Assembly (NCBI GenBank): GCA_964016885.1
Contig: OZ024747.1
Coordinates: 78,554,001-78,618,000, forward strand
Direction of reading: 5' to 3'
DNA from: Eledone cirrhosa
Lineage: Eukaryota
Length of the DNA: 64,000 nt
Position 1 is the first letter of the stretch. Each line of letters starts with the position of its first letter. The position numbers and the translations under genes are program-made. Shown here in pieces: positions 44,501 through 59,000 of this stretch. Under the pieces are notes generated by a model, which made no database searches, had not been told where the DNA came from, and worked only from the letters and a program-made list of their open reading frames with translations.

Positions 44501-47500
44501 TGACCACAACTATAGAATTAGACTAATACCTGACACTATCTCATGATAACAGTGACCACAACTATAGAATTAGACTAATACCTGACACTATCTCATGTCA
44601 ACAGTGACCACAACTCTAGAATTAAACTAATACCTGACACTATCTCATGACAACAGTGACCACAACTATAGAATTAGACTAATACCTGACACTATCTCAT
44701 GACAACAGTGACCACACCTATAGAATTAGACTAATACCTGACACTATCTCATGACAACAGTGACCACAACTATAGAATTAGACTAATACCTGACACTATC
44801 TCATGACAACAGTGGCCACAACTATAGAATTAGACTAATACCTGACACTATCTCATGACAACAGTGACCACAACTATAGAATTAGACTAATACCTGACAC
44901 TATCTCATGACAACAGTGACCACAACTATAGAATTAGACTAATACCTGACACTATCTCATGTCAACAGTGACCACAACTATAGAATTAGACTAATACCTG
45001 ACACTATCTCATGACAACAGTGACCACAACTATAGAATTAGACTAATACCTGACACTATCTCATGACAACAGTGACCACAACTATAGAATTAGACTAATA
45101 CCTGACACTATCTCATGACAACAGTGACCACAACTATAGAATTAGACTAATACTTGACACTATCTCATGACAACAGTGACCACACCTATAGAATTAGACT
45201 AATACCTGACACTATCTCATATCAACAGTGACCACAACTATAGAATTAGACTAATACCTGACACTATCTCATGACAACAGTGACCACAACTATAGAATTA
45301 GACTAATACCTGACACTATCTCATGTCAACAGTGACCACAACTATAGAATTAGACTAATACCTGACACTACCTCATGACAACATTGACCACAACTATAGA
45401 ATTAGACTAATACCTGACACTATCTCATGACAACAGTGACCACAACTATAGAATTAGACTAATACCTGACACTATCTCATGACAACAGTGACCACAACTA
45501 TAGAATTAGACTAATACCTGACACTACCTCATGACAACATTGACCACAACTATAGAATTAGACTAATACCTGACACTATCTCATGACAACAGTGACCACA
45601 ACTATAGAATTAGACTAATACCTGACACTATCACATGACAACAGTGACCACAACTATAGAGTTAGACTAATACCTGACACTATCTCATGACAGCAGTGAC
45701 CACAACTATAGAATTAGACTAATACCTGACACTATCTCATGACAACAGTGACCACAACTATAGAATTAGACTAATACTTGACACTATCTCATGACAACAG
45801 TGACCACACCTATAGAATTAGACTAATACCTGACACTATCTCATATCAACAGTGACCACAACTATAGAATTAGACTAATACCTGACACTATCTCATGACA
45901 ACAGTGACCTCAACTATATAATTAGACTAATACCTGACACTATCTCACGTCAACAGTGACCACAACTATAGAATTAGACTAATACCTGACACTATCTCAT
46001 GTCAACAGTGACCACAACTCTAGAATTAGACTAATACCTGACACTATCTCATGACAACAGTGACCTCAACTATAGAATTAGACTAATACCTGACACTATC
46101 TCATGACAACAGTGACCACAACTATAGAATTAGACTAATACCTGACACTATCTCACGTCAACAGTGACCACAACTATAGAATTAGACTAATACCTGACAC
46201 TATCTCACGTCAACAGTGACCACAACTATAGAATTAGACTAATACCTGACACTATCTCATGACAACAGTGACCACAACTATAGAATTAGACTAATACCTG
46301 ACACTATCTCATGACAACAGTGACCACACCTATAGAATTAGACTAATACCTGACACTATCTCATGACAACAGTGACCACAACTATAGAATTAGACTAATA
46401 CCTGACACTATCTCATGACAACAGTGACCACAACTATAGAATTAGACTAATACCTGACACTATCTCATGACAACAGTGACCACAACTATAGAATTAGACT
46501 AATACCTGACACTATCTCATGATAACAGTGACCTCAACTATAGAATTAGACTAATACCTGACACTATCTCATGTCAACAGTGACCACAACTATAGAATTA
46601 GACTAATACCTGACACTATCTCATGTCAACAGTGACCACAACTATAGAATTAGACTAATACCTGACACTATCTCATGTCAACAGTGACCACAACTATAGA
46701 ATTAGACTAATACCTGACACTATCTCATGACAACAGTGACCACAACTATAGAATTAGACTAATACCTGACACTATCTCATGTCAACAGTGACCACAACTA
46801 TAGAATTAGACTAATACCTGACACTATCTCATGACAACAGTGACCACAACTATAGAATTAGACTAATACCTGACACTATCTCATGTCAACAGTGACCACA
46901 ACTATAGAATTAGACTAATACCTGACACTATCTCATGTCAACAGTGACCACAACTCTAGAATTAGACTAATACCTGACACTATCTCATGACAACAGTGAC
47001 CTCAACTATAGAATTAGACTAATACCTGACACTATCTCATGACAACAGTGACCACAACTATAGAATTAGACTAATACCTGACACTATCTCATGACAACAG
47101 TGACCACAACTATAGAATTAGACTAATACCTGACACTATCTCATGACAACAGTGACCACAACTATAGAATTAGACTAATACCTGACACTATCTCATGATA
47201 ACAGTGACCACAACTATAGAATTAGACTAATACCTGACACTATCTCATGTCAACAGTGACCACAACTCTAGAATTAGACTAATACCTGACACTATCTCAT
47301 GACAACAGTGACCACAACTATAGAATTAGACTAATACCTGACACTATCTCATGATAACAGTGACCACAACTATAGAATTAGACTAATACCTGACACTATC
47401 TCATGTCAACAGTGACCACAACTCTAGAATTAGACTAATACCTGACACTATCTCATGACAACAGTGACCACAACTATAGAATTAGACTAATACCTGACAC

Positions 47501-50500
47501 TATCTCATGACAACAGTGACCACAACTATAGAATTAGACTAATACCTGACACTATCTCATGACAACAGTGACCACAACTATAGAATTAGACTAATACCTG
47601 ACACTATCTCATGACAACAGTGACCACAACTATAGAATTAGACTAATACCTGACACTATCTCATGATAACAGTGACCACAACTATAGAATTAGACTAATA
47701 CCTGACACTATCTCATGTCAACAGTGACCACAACTCTAGAATTAGACTAATACCTGACACTATCTCATGACAACAGTGACCACAACTATAGAATTAGACT
47801 AATACCTGACACTATCTCATGACAACAGTGACCACACCTATAGAATTAGACTAATACCTGACACTATCTCATGACAACAGTGACCACAACTATAGAATTA
47901 GACTAATACCTGACACTACCTCATGACAACAGTGACCACAACTATAGAATTAGACTAATACCTGAGACTATCTCATGTCAACAGTGACCACAACTATAGA
48001 ATTAGACTAATACCTGACACTATCTCATGACAACAGTGACCACAACTATAGAATTAGACTAATACCTGACACTATCTCATGACAACAGTGACCACAACTA
48101 TAGAATTAGACTAATACCTGACACAATCTCATGTCAACAGTGACCACAACTATAGAATTAGACTAATACCTGACACTATCTCATGACAACAGTGACCACA
48201 ACTATAGAATTAGACTAATACCTGACACTATCTCATGACAACAGTGACCACAACTATAGAATTAGACTAATACCTGACACTATCTCATGACAACAGTGAC
48301 CACAACTATAGAATTAGACTAATACTTGACACTATCTCATGACAACAGTGACCACACCTATAGAATTAGACTAATACCTGACACTATCTCATATCAACAG
48401 TGACCACAACTATAGAATTAGACTAATACCTGACACTATCTCATGACAACAGTGACCACAACTATAGAATTAGACTAATACCTGACACTATCTCATGTCA
48501 ACAGTGACCACAACTATAGAATTAGACTAATACCTGACACTACCTCATGACAACATTGACCACAACTATAGAATTAGACTAATACCTGACACTATCTCAT
48601 GACAACAGTGACCACAACTATAGAATTAGACTAATACCTGACACTATCTCATGACAACAGTGACCACAACTATAGAATTAGACTAATACCTGACACTACC
48701 TCATGACAACATTGACCACAACTATAGAATTAGACTAATACCTGACACTATCTCATGACAACAGTGACCACAACTATAGAATTAGACTAATACCTGACAC
48801 TATCACATGACAACAGTGACCACAACTATAGAGTTAGACTAATACCTGACACTATCTCATGACAGCAGTGACCACAACTATAGAATTAGACTAATACCTG
48901 ACACTATCTCATGACAACAGTGACCACAACTATAGAATTAGACTAATACTTGACACTATCTCATGACAACAGTGACCACACCTATAGAATTAGACTAATA
49001 CCTGACACTATCTCATATCAACAGTGACCACAACTATAGAATTAGACTAATACCTGACACTATCTCATGACAACAGTGACCTCAACTATATAATTAGACT
49101 AATACCTGACACTATCTCACGTCAACAGTGACCACAACTATAGAATTAGACTAATACCTGACACTATCTCATGTCAACAGTGACCACAACTCTAGAATTA
49201 GACTAATACCTGACACTATCTCATGACAACAGTGACCTCAACTATAGAATTAGACTAATACCTGACACTATCTCATGACAACAGTGACCACAACTATAGA
49301 ATTAGACTAATACCTGACACTATCTCACGTCAACAGTGACCACAACTATAGAATTAGACTAATACCTGACACTATCTCACGTCAACAGTGACCACAACTA
49401 TAGAATTAGACTAATACCTGACACTATCTCATGACAACAGTGACCACAACTATAGAATTAGACTAATACCTGACACTATCTCATGACAACAGTGACCACA
49501 CCTATAGAATTAGACTAATACCTGACACTATCTCATGACAACAGTGACCACAACTATAGAATTAGACTAATACCTGACACTATCTCATGACAACAGTGAC
49601 CACAACTATAGAATTAGACTAATACCTGACACTATCTCATGACAACAGTGACCACAACTATAGAATTAGACTAATACCTGACACTATCTCATGATAACAG
49701 TGACCTCAACTATAGAATTAGACTAATACCTGACACTATCTCATGTCAACAGTGACCACAACTATAGAATTAGACTAATACCTGACACTATCTCATGACA
49801 ACAGTGACCACAACTATAGAATTAGACTAATACCTGACACTATCTCATGTCAACAGTGACCACAACTATAGAATTAGACTAATACCTGACACTATCTCAT
49901 GTCAACAGTGACCACAACTATAGAATTAGACTAATACCTGACACTATCTCATGACAACAGTGACCACAACTATAGAATTAGACTAATACCTGACACTATC
50001 TCATGTCAACAGTGACCACAACTATAGAATTAGACTAATACCTGACACTATCTCATGACAACAGTGACCACAACTATAGAATTAGACTAATACCTGACAC
50101 TATCTCACATCAACAGTGACCACAACTATAGAATTAGACTAATACCTGACACTATCTCATGTCAACAGTGACCACAACTCTAGAATTAGACTAATACCTG
50201 ACACTATCTCATGACAACAGTGACCTCAACTATAGAATTAGACTAATACCTGACACTATCTCATGACAACAGTGACCACAACTATAGAATTAGACTAATA
50301 CCTGACACTATCTCATGACAACAGTGACCACAACTATAGAATTAGACTAATACCTGACACTATCTCATGACAACAGTGACCACAACTATAGAATTAGACT
50401 AATACCTGACACTATCTCATGATAACAGTGACCACAACTATAGAATTAGACTAATACCTGACACTATCTCATGTCAACAGTCACCACAACTCTAGAATTA

Positions 50501-51000
50501 GACTAATACCTGACACTATCTCATGACAACAGTGACCACAACTATAGAATTAGACTAATACCTGACACTATCTCATGATAACAGTGACCACAACTATAGA
50601 ATTAGACTAATACCTGACACTATCTCATGTCAACAGTGACCACAACTCTAGAATTAGACTAATACCTGACACTATCTCATGACAACAGTGACCACAACTA
50701 TAGAATTAGACTAATACCTGACACTATCTGATGACAACAGTGACCACAACTATAGAATTAGACTAATACCTGACACTATCTCATGATAACAGTGACCACA
50801 ACTATAGAATTAGACTAATACCTGACACTATCTCATGTCAACAGTGACCACAACTCTAGAATTAGACTAATACCTGACACTATCTCATGACAACAGTGAC
50901 CACAACTATAGAATTAGACTAATACCTGACACTATCTCATGACAACAGTGACCACACCTATAGAATTAGACTAATACCTGACACTATCTCATGACAACAG
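35600..51000 (+). repeat. About 3.1-kb higher-order repeat (58-61 monomers), about 5 copies
   Basis: The doubly variant monomer T27C+G40T (ACTACCTCATGACAACATTGAC) occurs in pairs 3 monomers apart, starting at 36219, 39235, 42303, 45371 and 48543 (spacings 58, 59, 59, 61 monomers). Each pair is preceded by a C18T+A49C monomer and a CATATC monomer. Confidence 0.9.
41895..41963. other. 69-bp unique AT-rich non-satellite segment interrupting the array in register
   Basis: TTCTATTGCATCTAATGTTCTGTAATATTATGATGGTAATTTGGAAAGATTAAAACAAAATTTTTAAAA has about 20% GC (14/69) and does not align to the monomer on the + strand. The satellite resumes at 41964 (ATAGAATTAGAC), and the next monomer starts at 41965 = 1+52x807. 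Confidence 0.97.
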
Positions 51001-52769
51001 TGACCACAACTATAGAATTAGACTAATACCTGACACTATCTCATGACAACAGTGACCACACCTATAGAATTAGAGTAATACCTGACACTACCTCATGACA
51101 ACAGTGACCACAACTATAGAATTAGACTAATACCTGACACTATCTCATGTCAACAGTGACCACAACTCTAGAATTAGACTAATACCTGACACTATCTCAT
51201 GTCAACAGTGACCACAACTATAGAATTAGACTAATACCTGACACTATCTCATGACAACAGTGACCACAACTATAGAATTAGACTAATACCTGACACTATC
51301 TCATGACAACAGTGACCTCAACTATCGAATTAGACTAATACCTGACACTACCTCATGACAACAGTGACCACATCTATAGAATTAGACTAATACCTGACAC
51401 TATCTCATGACAACAGTGACCACAACTATAGAATTAGACTAATACCTGACACTATCTCATGACAACAGTGACCACAACTATAGAATTAGACTAATACCTG
51501 ACACTATCTCATGACAACAGTGACCACAATAATAGAATTAGACTAATACCTGACACTATCTCATGACAACAGTGACCACAACTATAGAATTAGACTAATA
51601 CCTGACACTATCTCATGACAACAGTGACCACAACTATATAATTAGACTAATACCTGACACTATCTCACGTCAACAATGACCACAACTATAGAATTAGACT
51701 AATACCTGACACTATCTCACATCAACAGTGACCACAACTATAGAATTAGACTAATACCTGACACGATCTCATGTCAACAGTGACCACAACTATAGAATTA
51801 GACTAATACCTGACACTATCTCATGACAACAGTGACCACAACTATAGAATTAGACTAATACCTGACACTATCTCATGTCAACAGTGACCACAACTATAGA
51901 ATTAGACTAATACCTGACACTATCTCACATCAACAGTGACCACAACTATAGAATTAGACTAATACCTGACACTATCTCATGACAACAGTGACCACAACTA
52001 TAGAATTAGACTAATACCTGACACTATCTCATGACAACAGTGACCACAACTATAGAATTAGACTAATACCTGACACTATCTCATGAAAACAGTGACCACA
52101 ACTATAGAATTAGACTAATACCTGACACTATCTCATGACAACAGTGACCACAACTATAGAATTAGACTAATACCTGACACTATCTCATGACAACAGTGAC
52201 CACAACTATAGAATTAGACTAATACCTGACACTATCTCATGACAACAGTGACCACAACTATAGAATTAGACTAATACCTGACACTATCTCATGACAACAG
52301 TGACCACAACTATAGAATTAGACTAATACCTGACACTATCTCATGACAACAGTGACCACAACTATAGAATTAGACTAATACCTGACACTATCTCATGACA
52401 ACAGTGACCACAACTATAGTATTAGACTAATACCTGACACTATCTCATGACAACAGTGACCACAACTATAGAATTAGACTAATACCTGACACTATCTCAC
52501 ATCAACAGTGACCACAACTATAGAATTAGACTAATACCTGACACTATCTCATGTCAACAGTGACCACAACTATAGAATTAGACTAATACCTGACACTATC
52601 TCATGACAACAGTGACCACAACTATAGAATTAGACTAATACCTGACACTATCTCATGTCAACAGTGACCACAACTATAGAATTAGACTAATACCTGACAC
52701 TATCTCATGACAACAGTGACCACAACTATAGAATTAGACTAATACCTGACACTATCTCATGTCAACAGT

Positions 52770-52774
52770 AACAC
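52770..52774. other. 51-bp monomer: 1-bp deletion plus substitution (CAGTGACCACAAC -> CAGTAACACAAC)
   Basis: Line 52741 reads gtcaacagta acacaactat instead of gtcaacagtg accacaacta. All downstream monomers are shifted by one base. Confidence 0.95.
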
Positions 52775-55700
52775 AACTATAGAATTAGACTAATACCTGA
52801 CACTATCTCATGTCAACAGTGACCACAACTATAGAATTAGACTAATACCTGACACTATCTCATGACAACAGTGACCACAACTATAGAATTAGACTAATAC
52901 CTGACACTATCTCATGTCAACAGTGACCACAACTATAGAATTAGACTAATACCTGACACTATCTCATGACAACAGTGACCACAACTATAGAATTAGACTA
53001 ATACCTGACACTATCTCATGACAACAGTGACCTCAACTATAGAATTAGACTAATACCTGACACTATCTCACGTCAACAGTGACCACAACTATAGAATTAG
53101 ACTAATACCTGACACTATCTTATGTCAACAGTGACCACAACTATAGAATTAGACTAATACCTGACACTATCTCATGACAACAGTGACCACAACTATAGAA
53201 TTAGACTAATACCTGACACTATCTCATGACAACAGTGACCACAACTATAGAATTAGACTAATACCTGACACTACCTCATGACAACAGTGACCACAACTAT
53301 AGAATTAGACTAATACCTGACACTACCTCATGACAACAGTGACCACAACTATAGAATTAGACTAATACCTGACACTATCTCATGACAACAGTGACCACAA
53401 CTATAGAATTAGACTAATACCAGACACTATCTCATGACAACAGTGAGCACATCTATAGAATTAGACTAATACCTGACACTATCTCATGACAACAGTGAGC
53501 ACATCTATAGAATTAGACTAATACCTGACACTATCTCATGTCAACAGTGACCACAACTATAGAATTAGACTAATACCTGACACTATCTCATGACAACAGT
53601 GACCACAACTATAGAATTAGACTAATACCTGACACTATCTCATGTCAACAGTGACCACAACTATAGAATTAGACTAATACCTGACACTATCTCACATCAA
53701 CAGTGACCACAACTATAGAATTAGACTAATACCTGACACTATCTCATGACAACAGTGACCACAACTATAGAATTAGACTAATACCTGACACTATCTCATG
53801 ACAACAGTGACCACAACTATAGTATTAGACTAATACCTGACACTATCTCATGACAACAGTGACCACAACTATAGAATTAGACTAATACCTGACACTATCT
53901 CATGACAACAGTGACCACAACTATAGAATTAGACTAATACCTGACACTATCTCATGACAACAGTGACCACAACTATAGAATTAGACTAATACCTGACACT
54001 ATCTCATGAAAACAGTGACCACAACTATAGAATTAGACTAATACCTGACACTATCTCATGACAACAGTGACCACAACTATAGAATTAGACTAATACCTGA
54101 CACTATCTCATGACAACAGTGACCACAACTATAGAATTAGACTAATACCTGACACTATCTCATGACAACAGTGACCACAACTATAGAATTAGACTAATAC
54201 CTGACACTATCTCATGACAACAGTGACCACAACTATAGAATTAGACTAATACCTGACACTATCTCATGACAACAGTGACCACAACTATAGAATTAGACTA
54301 ATACCTGACACTATCTCACATCAACAGTGACCACAACTATAGAATTAGACTAATACCTGACACTATCTCATGTCAACAGTGACCACAACTATAGAATTAG
54401 ACTAATACCTGACACTATCTCATGACAACAGTGACCACAACTATAGAATTAGACTAATACCTGACACTATCTCATGTCAACAGTGACCACAACTATAGAA
54501 TTAGACTAATACCTGACACTATCTCATGACAACAGTGACCACAACTATAGAATTAGACTAATACCTGACACTATCTCATGTGAACAGTGACCACAACTAT
54601 AGAATTAGACTAATACCTGACACTATCTCATGACAACAGTGACCACAACTATAGAATTAGACTAATACCTGACACTATCTCATGACAACAGTGACCTCAA
54701 CTATAGAATTAGACTAATACCTGACACTATCTCACGTCAACAGTGACCACAACTATAGAATTAGACTAATACCTGACACTATCTTATGTCAACAGTGACC
54801 ACAACTATAGAATTAGACTAATACCTGACACTATCTCATGACAACAGTGACCACAACTATAGAATTAGACTAATACCTGACACTATCTCATGACAACAGT
54901 GACCACAACTATAGAATTAGACTAATACCTGACACTACCTCATGACAACAGTGACCACAACTATAGAATTAGACTAATACCTGACACTACCTCATGACAA
55001 CAGTGACCACAACTATAGAATTAGACTAATACCTGACACTATCTCATGACAACAGTGACCACAACTATAGAATTAGACTAATACCTGACACTATCTCATG
55101 TCAACAGTGACCACAACTATAGAATTAGACTAATACCTGACACTATCTCATGACAACAGTGACCACAACTATAGAATTAGACTAATACCTGACACTATCT
55201 CATGACAACAGTGACCTCAACTATAGAATTAGACTAATACCTGACACTATCTCACGTCAACAGTGACCACAACTATAGAATTAGACTAATACCTGACACT
55301 ATCTTATGTCAACAGTGACCACAACTATAGAATTAGACTAATACCTGACACTATCTCATGACAACAGTGACCACAACTATAGAATTAGACTAATACCTGA
55401 CACTATCTCATGACAACAGTGACCACAACTATAGAATTAGACTAATACCTGACACTACCTCATGACAACAGTGACCACAACTATAGAATTAGACTAATAC
55501 CTGACACTACCTCATGACAACAGTGACCACAACTATAGAATTAGACTAATACCTGACACTATCTCATGACAACAGTGACCACAACTATAGAATTAGACTA
55601 ATACCTGACACTATCTCATGTCAACAGTGACCACAACTATAGAATTAGACTAATACCTGACACTATCTCATGACAACAGTGACCACAACTATAGAATTAG

Positions 55701-56049
55701 ACTAATACCTGACACTATCTCATGACAACAGTGACCTCAACTATAGAATTAGACTAATACCTGACACTATCTCATGACAACAGTGACCACAACTATAGAA
55801 TTAGACTAATACCTGACACTACCTCATGACAACAGTGACCACAACTATAGAATTAGACTAATACCTGACACTACCTCATGACAACAGTGACCACAACTAT
55901 AGAATTAGACTAATACCTGACACTATCTCATGACAACAGTGACCACAACTATAGAATTAGACTAATACCTGACACTATCTCATGTCAACAGTGACCACAA
56001 CTATAGAATTAGACTAATACCTGACACTATCTCATGACAACAGTGACCA

Positions 56050-59000
56050 CAACTATAGAATTAGACTAATTCCTGACACTATCTCATGACAACAGTGACC
56101 ACAATAATAGAATTAGACTAATACCTGACACTATCTCATGACAACAGTGACCACATCTATAGAATTAGACTAATACCTGACACTATCTCATGACAACAGT
56201 GACCACAACTATAGAATTAGACTAATACCTGACACTATCTCATGACAACAGTGACCACAATAATAGAATTAGACTAATACCTGACACTATCTCATGACAA
56301 CAGTGACCACATCTATAGAATTAGACTAATACCTGACACTATCTCATGACAACAGTGACCACAACTATAGAATTAGACTAATACCTGACACTATCTCATG
56401 ACAACAGTGACCACAACTATAGAATTAGACTAATACCTGACACTATCTCATGACAACAGTGACCACAACTATAGAATTAGACTAATACCTGACACTATCT
56501 CATGACAACAGTGACCACAACTATAGAATTAGACTAATACCTGACACTATCTCATGACAACAGTGACCACAACTATAGAATTAGACTAATACCTGACACT
56601 ATCTCATGACAACAGTGACCACAACTATAGAATTAGACTAATACCTGACACTACCTCATGACAACAGTGACCACAACTATAGAATTAGACTAATACCTGA
56701 CACTATCTCATGACAACAGTGACCACAACTATAGAATTAGACTAATACCTGACACTATCTCATGACAACAGTGACCACAACTATAGAATTAGACTAATAC
56801 CTGACACTACCTCATGACAACAGTGACCACAACTATAGAATTAGACTAATACCTGACACTACCTCATGACAACAGTGACCACAACTATAGAATTAGACTA
56901 ATACCTGACACTATCTCATGACAACAGTGACCACAACTATAGAATTAGACTAATACCTGACACTATCTCATGACAACAGTGACCACAACTATAGAATTAG
57001 ACTAATACCTGACACTATCTCATGTCAACAGTGACCACAACTATAGAATTAGACTAATACCTGACACTATCTCATGTCAACATTGACCACAACTATAGAA
57101 TTAGACTAATACCTGACACTATCTCATGTCAACATTGACCACAACTATAGAATTAGACTAATACCTGACACTATCTCATGACAACAGTGACCACAACTAT
57201 AGAATTAGACTAATACCTGACACTATCTCATGATAACAGTGACCACAACTATAGAATTAGACTAATGCCTGACACAATATCATGATAACAGTGACCACAC
57301 CTATAGAATTAGACTAATACCTGACACTATCTCATGACAACAGTGACCACAACTATAGAATTAGACTAATACCTGACACTATCTCATGACAACAGTGACC
57401 ACAACTATAGAATTAGACTAATACCTGACACTATCTCATGACAACAGTGACCACATCTATAGAATTAGACTAATATCTGACACTATCTCATGACAACAGT
57501 GACCACAACTATAGAATTAGACTAATTCCTGACACTATCTCATGACAACAGTGACCACAATAATAGAATTAGACTAATACCTGACACTATCTCATGACAA
57601 CAGTGACCACATCTATAGAATTAGACTAATACCTGACACTATCTCATGACAACAGTGACCACAACTATAGAATTAGACTAATACCTGACACTATCTCATG
57701 ACAACAGTGACCACAATAATAGAATTAGACTAATACCTGACACTATCTCATGACAACAGTGACCACATCTATAGAATTAGACTAATACCTGACACTATCT
57801 CATGACAACAGTGACCACAACTATAGAATTAGACTAATACCTGACACTATCTCATGACAACAGTGACCACAACTATAGAATTAGACTAATACCTGACACT
57901 ATCTCATGACAACAGTGACCACAACTATAGAATTAGACTAATACCTGACACTATCTCATGACAACAGTGACCACAACTATAGAATTAGACTAATACCTGA
58001 CACTATCTCATGACAACAGTGACCACAACTATAGAATTAGACTAATACCTGACACTATCTCATGACAACAGTGACCACAACTATAGAATTAGACTAATAC
58101 CTGACACTACCTCATGACAACAGTGACCACAACTATAGAATTAGACTAATACCTGACACTATCTCATGACAACAGTGACCACAACTATAGAATTAGACTA
58201 ATACCTGACACTATCTCATGACAACAGTGACCACAACTATAGAATTAGACTAATACCTGACACTACCTCATGACAACAGTGACCACAACTATAGAATTAG
58301 ACTAATACCTGACACTACCTCATGACAACAGTGACCACAACTATAGAATTAGACTAATACCTGACACTATCTCATGACAACAGTGACCACAACTATAGAA
58401 TTAGACTAATACCTGACACTATCTCATGACAACAGTGACCACAACTATAGAATTAGACTAATACCTGACACTATCTCATGTCAACAGTGACCACAACTAT
58501 AGAATTAGACTAATACCTGACACTATCTCATGTCAACATTGACCACAACTATAGAATTAGACTAATACCTGACACTATCTCATGTCAACATTGACCACAA
58601 CTATAGAATTAGACTAATACCTGACACTATCTCATGACAACAGTGACCACAACTATAGAATTAGACTAATACCTGACACTATCTCATGATAACAGTGACC
58701 ACAACTATAGAATTAGACTAATGCCTGACACAATATCATGATAACAGTGACCACACCTATAGAATTAGACTAATACCTGACACTATCTCATGACAACAGT
58801 GACCACAACTATAGAATTAGACTAATACCTGACACTATCTCATGACAACAGTGACCACAACTATAGAATTAGACTAATACCTGACACTATCTCATGACAA
58901 CAGTGACCACATCTATAGAATTAGACTAATATCTGACACTATCTCATGACAACAGTGACCACAACTATAGAATTAGACTAATACCTGACACTATCTCATG

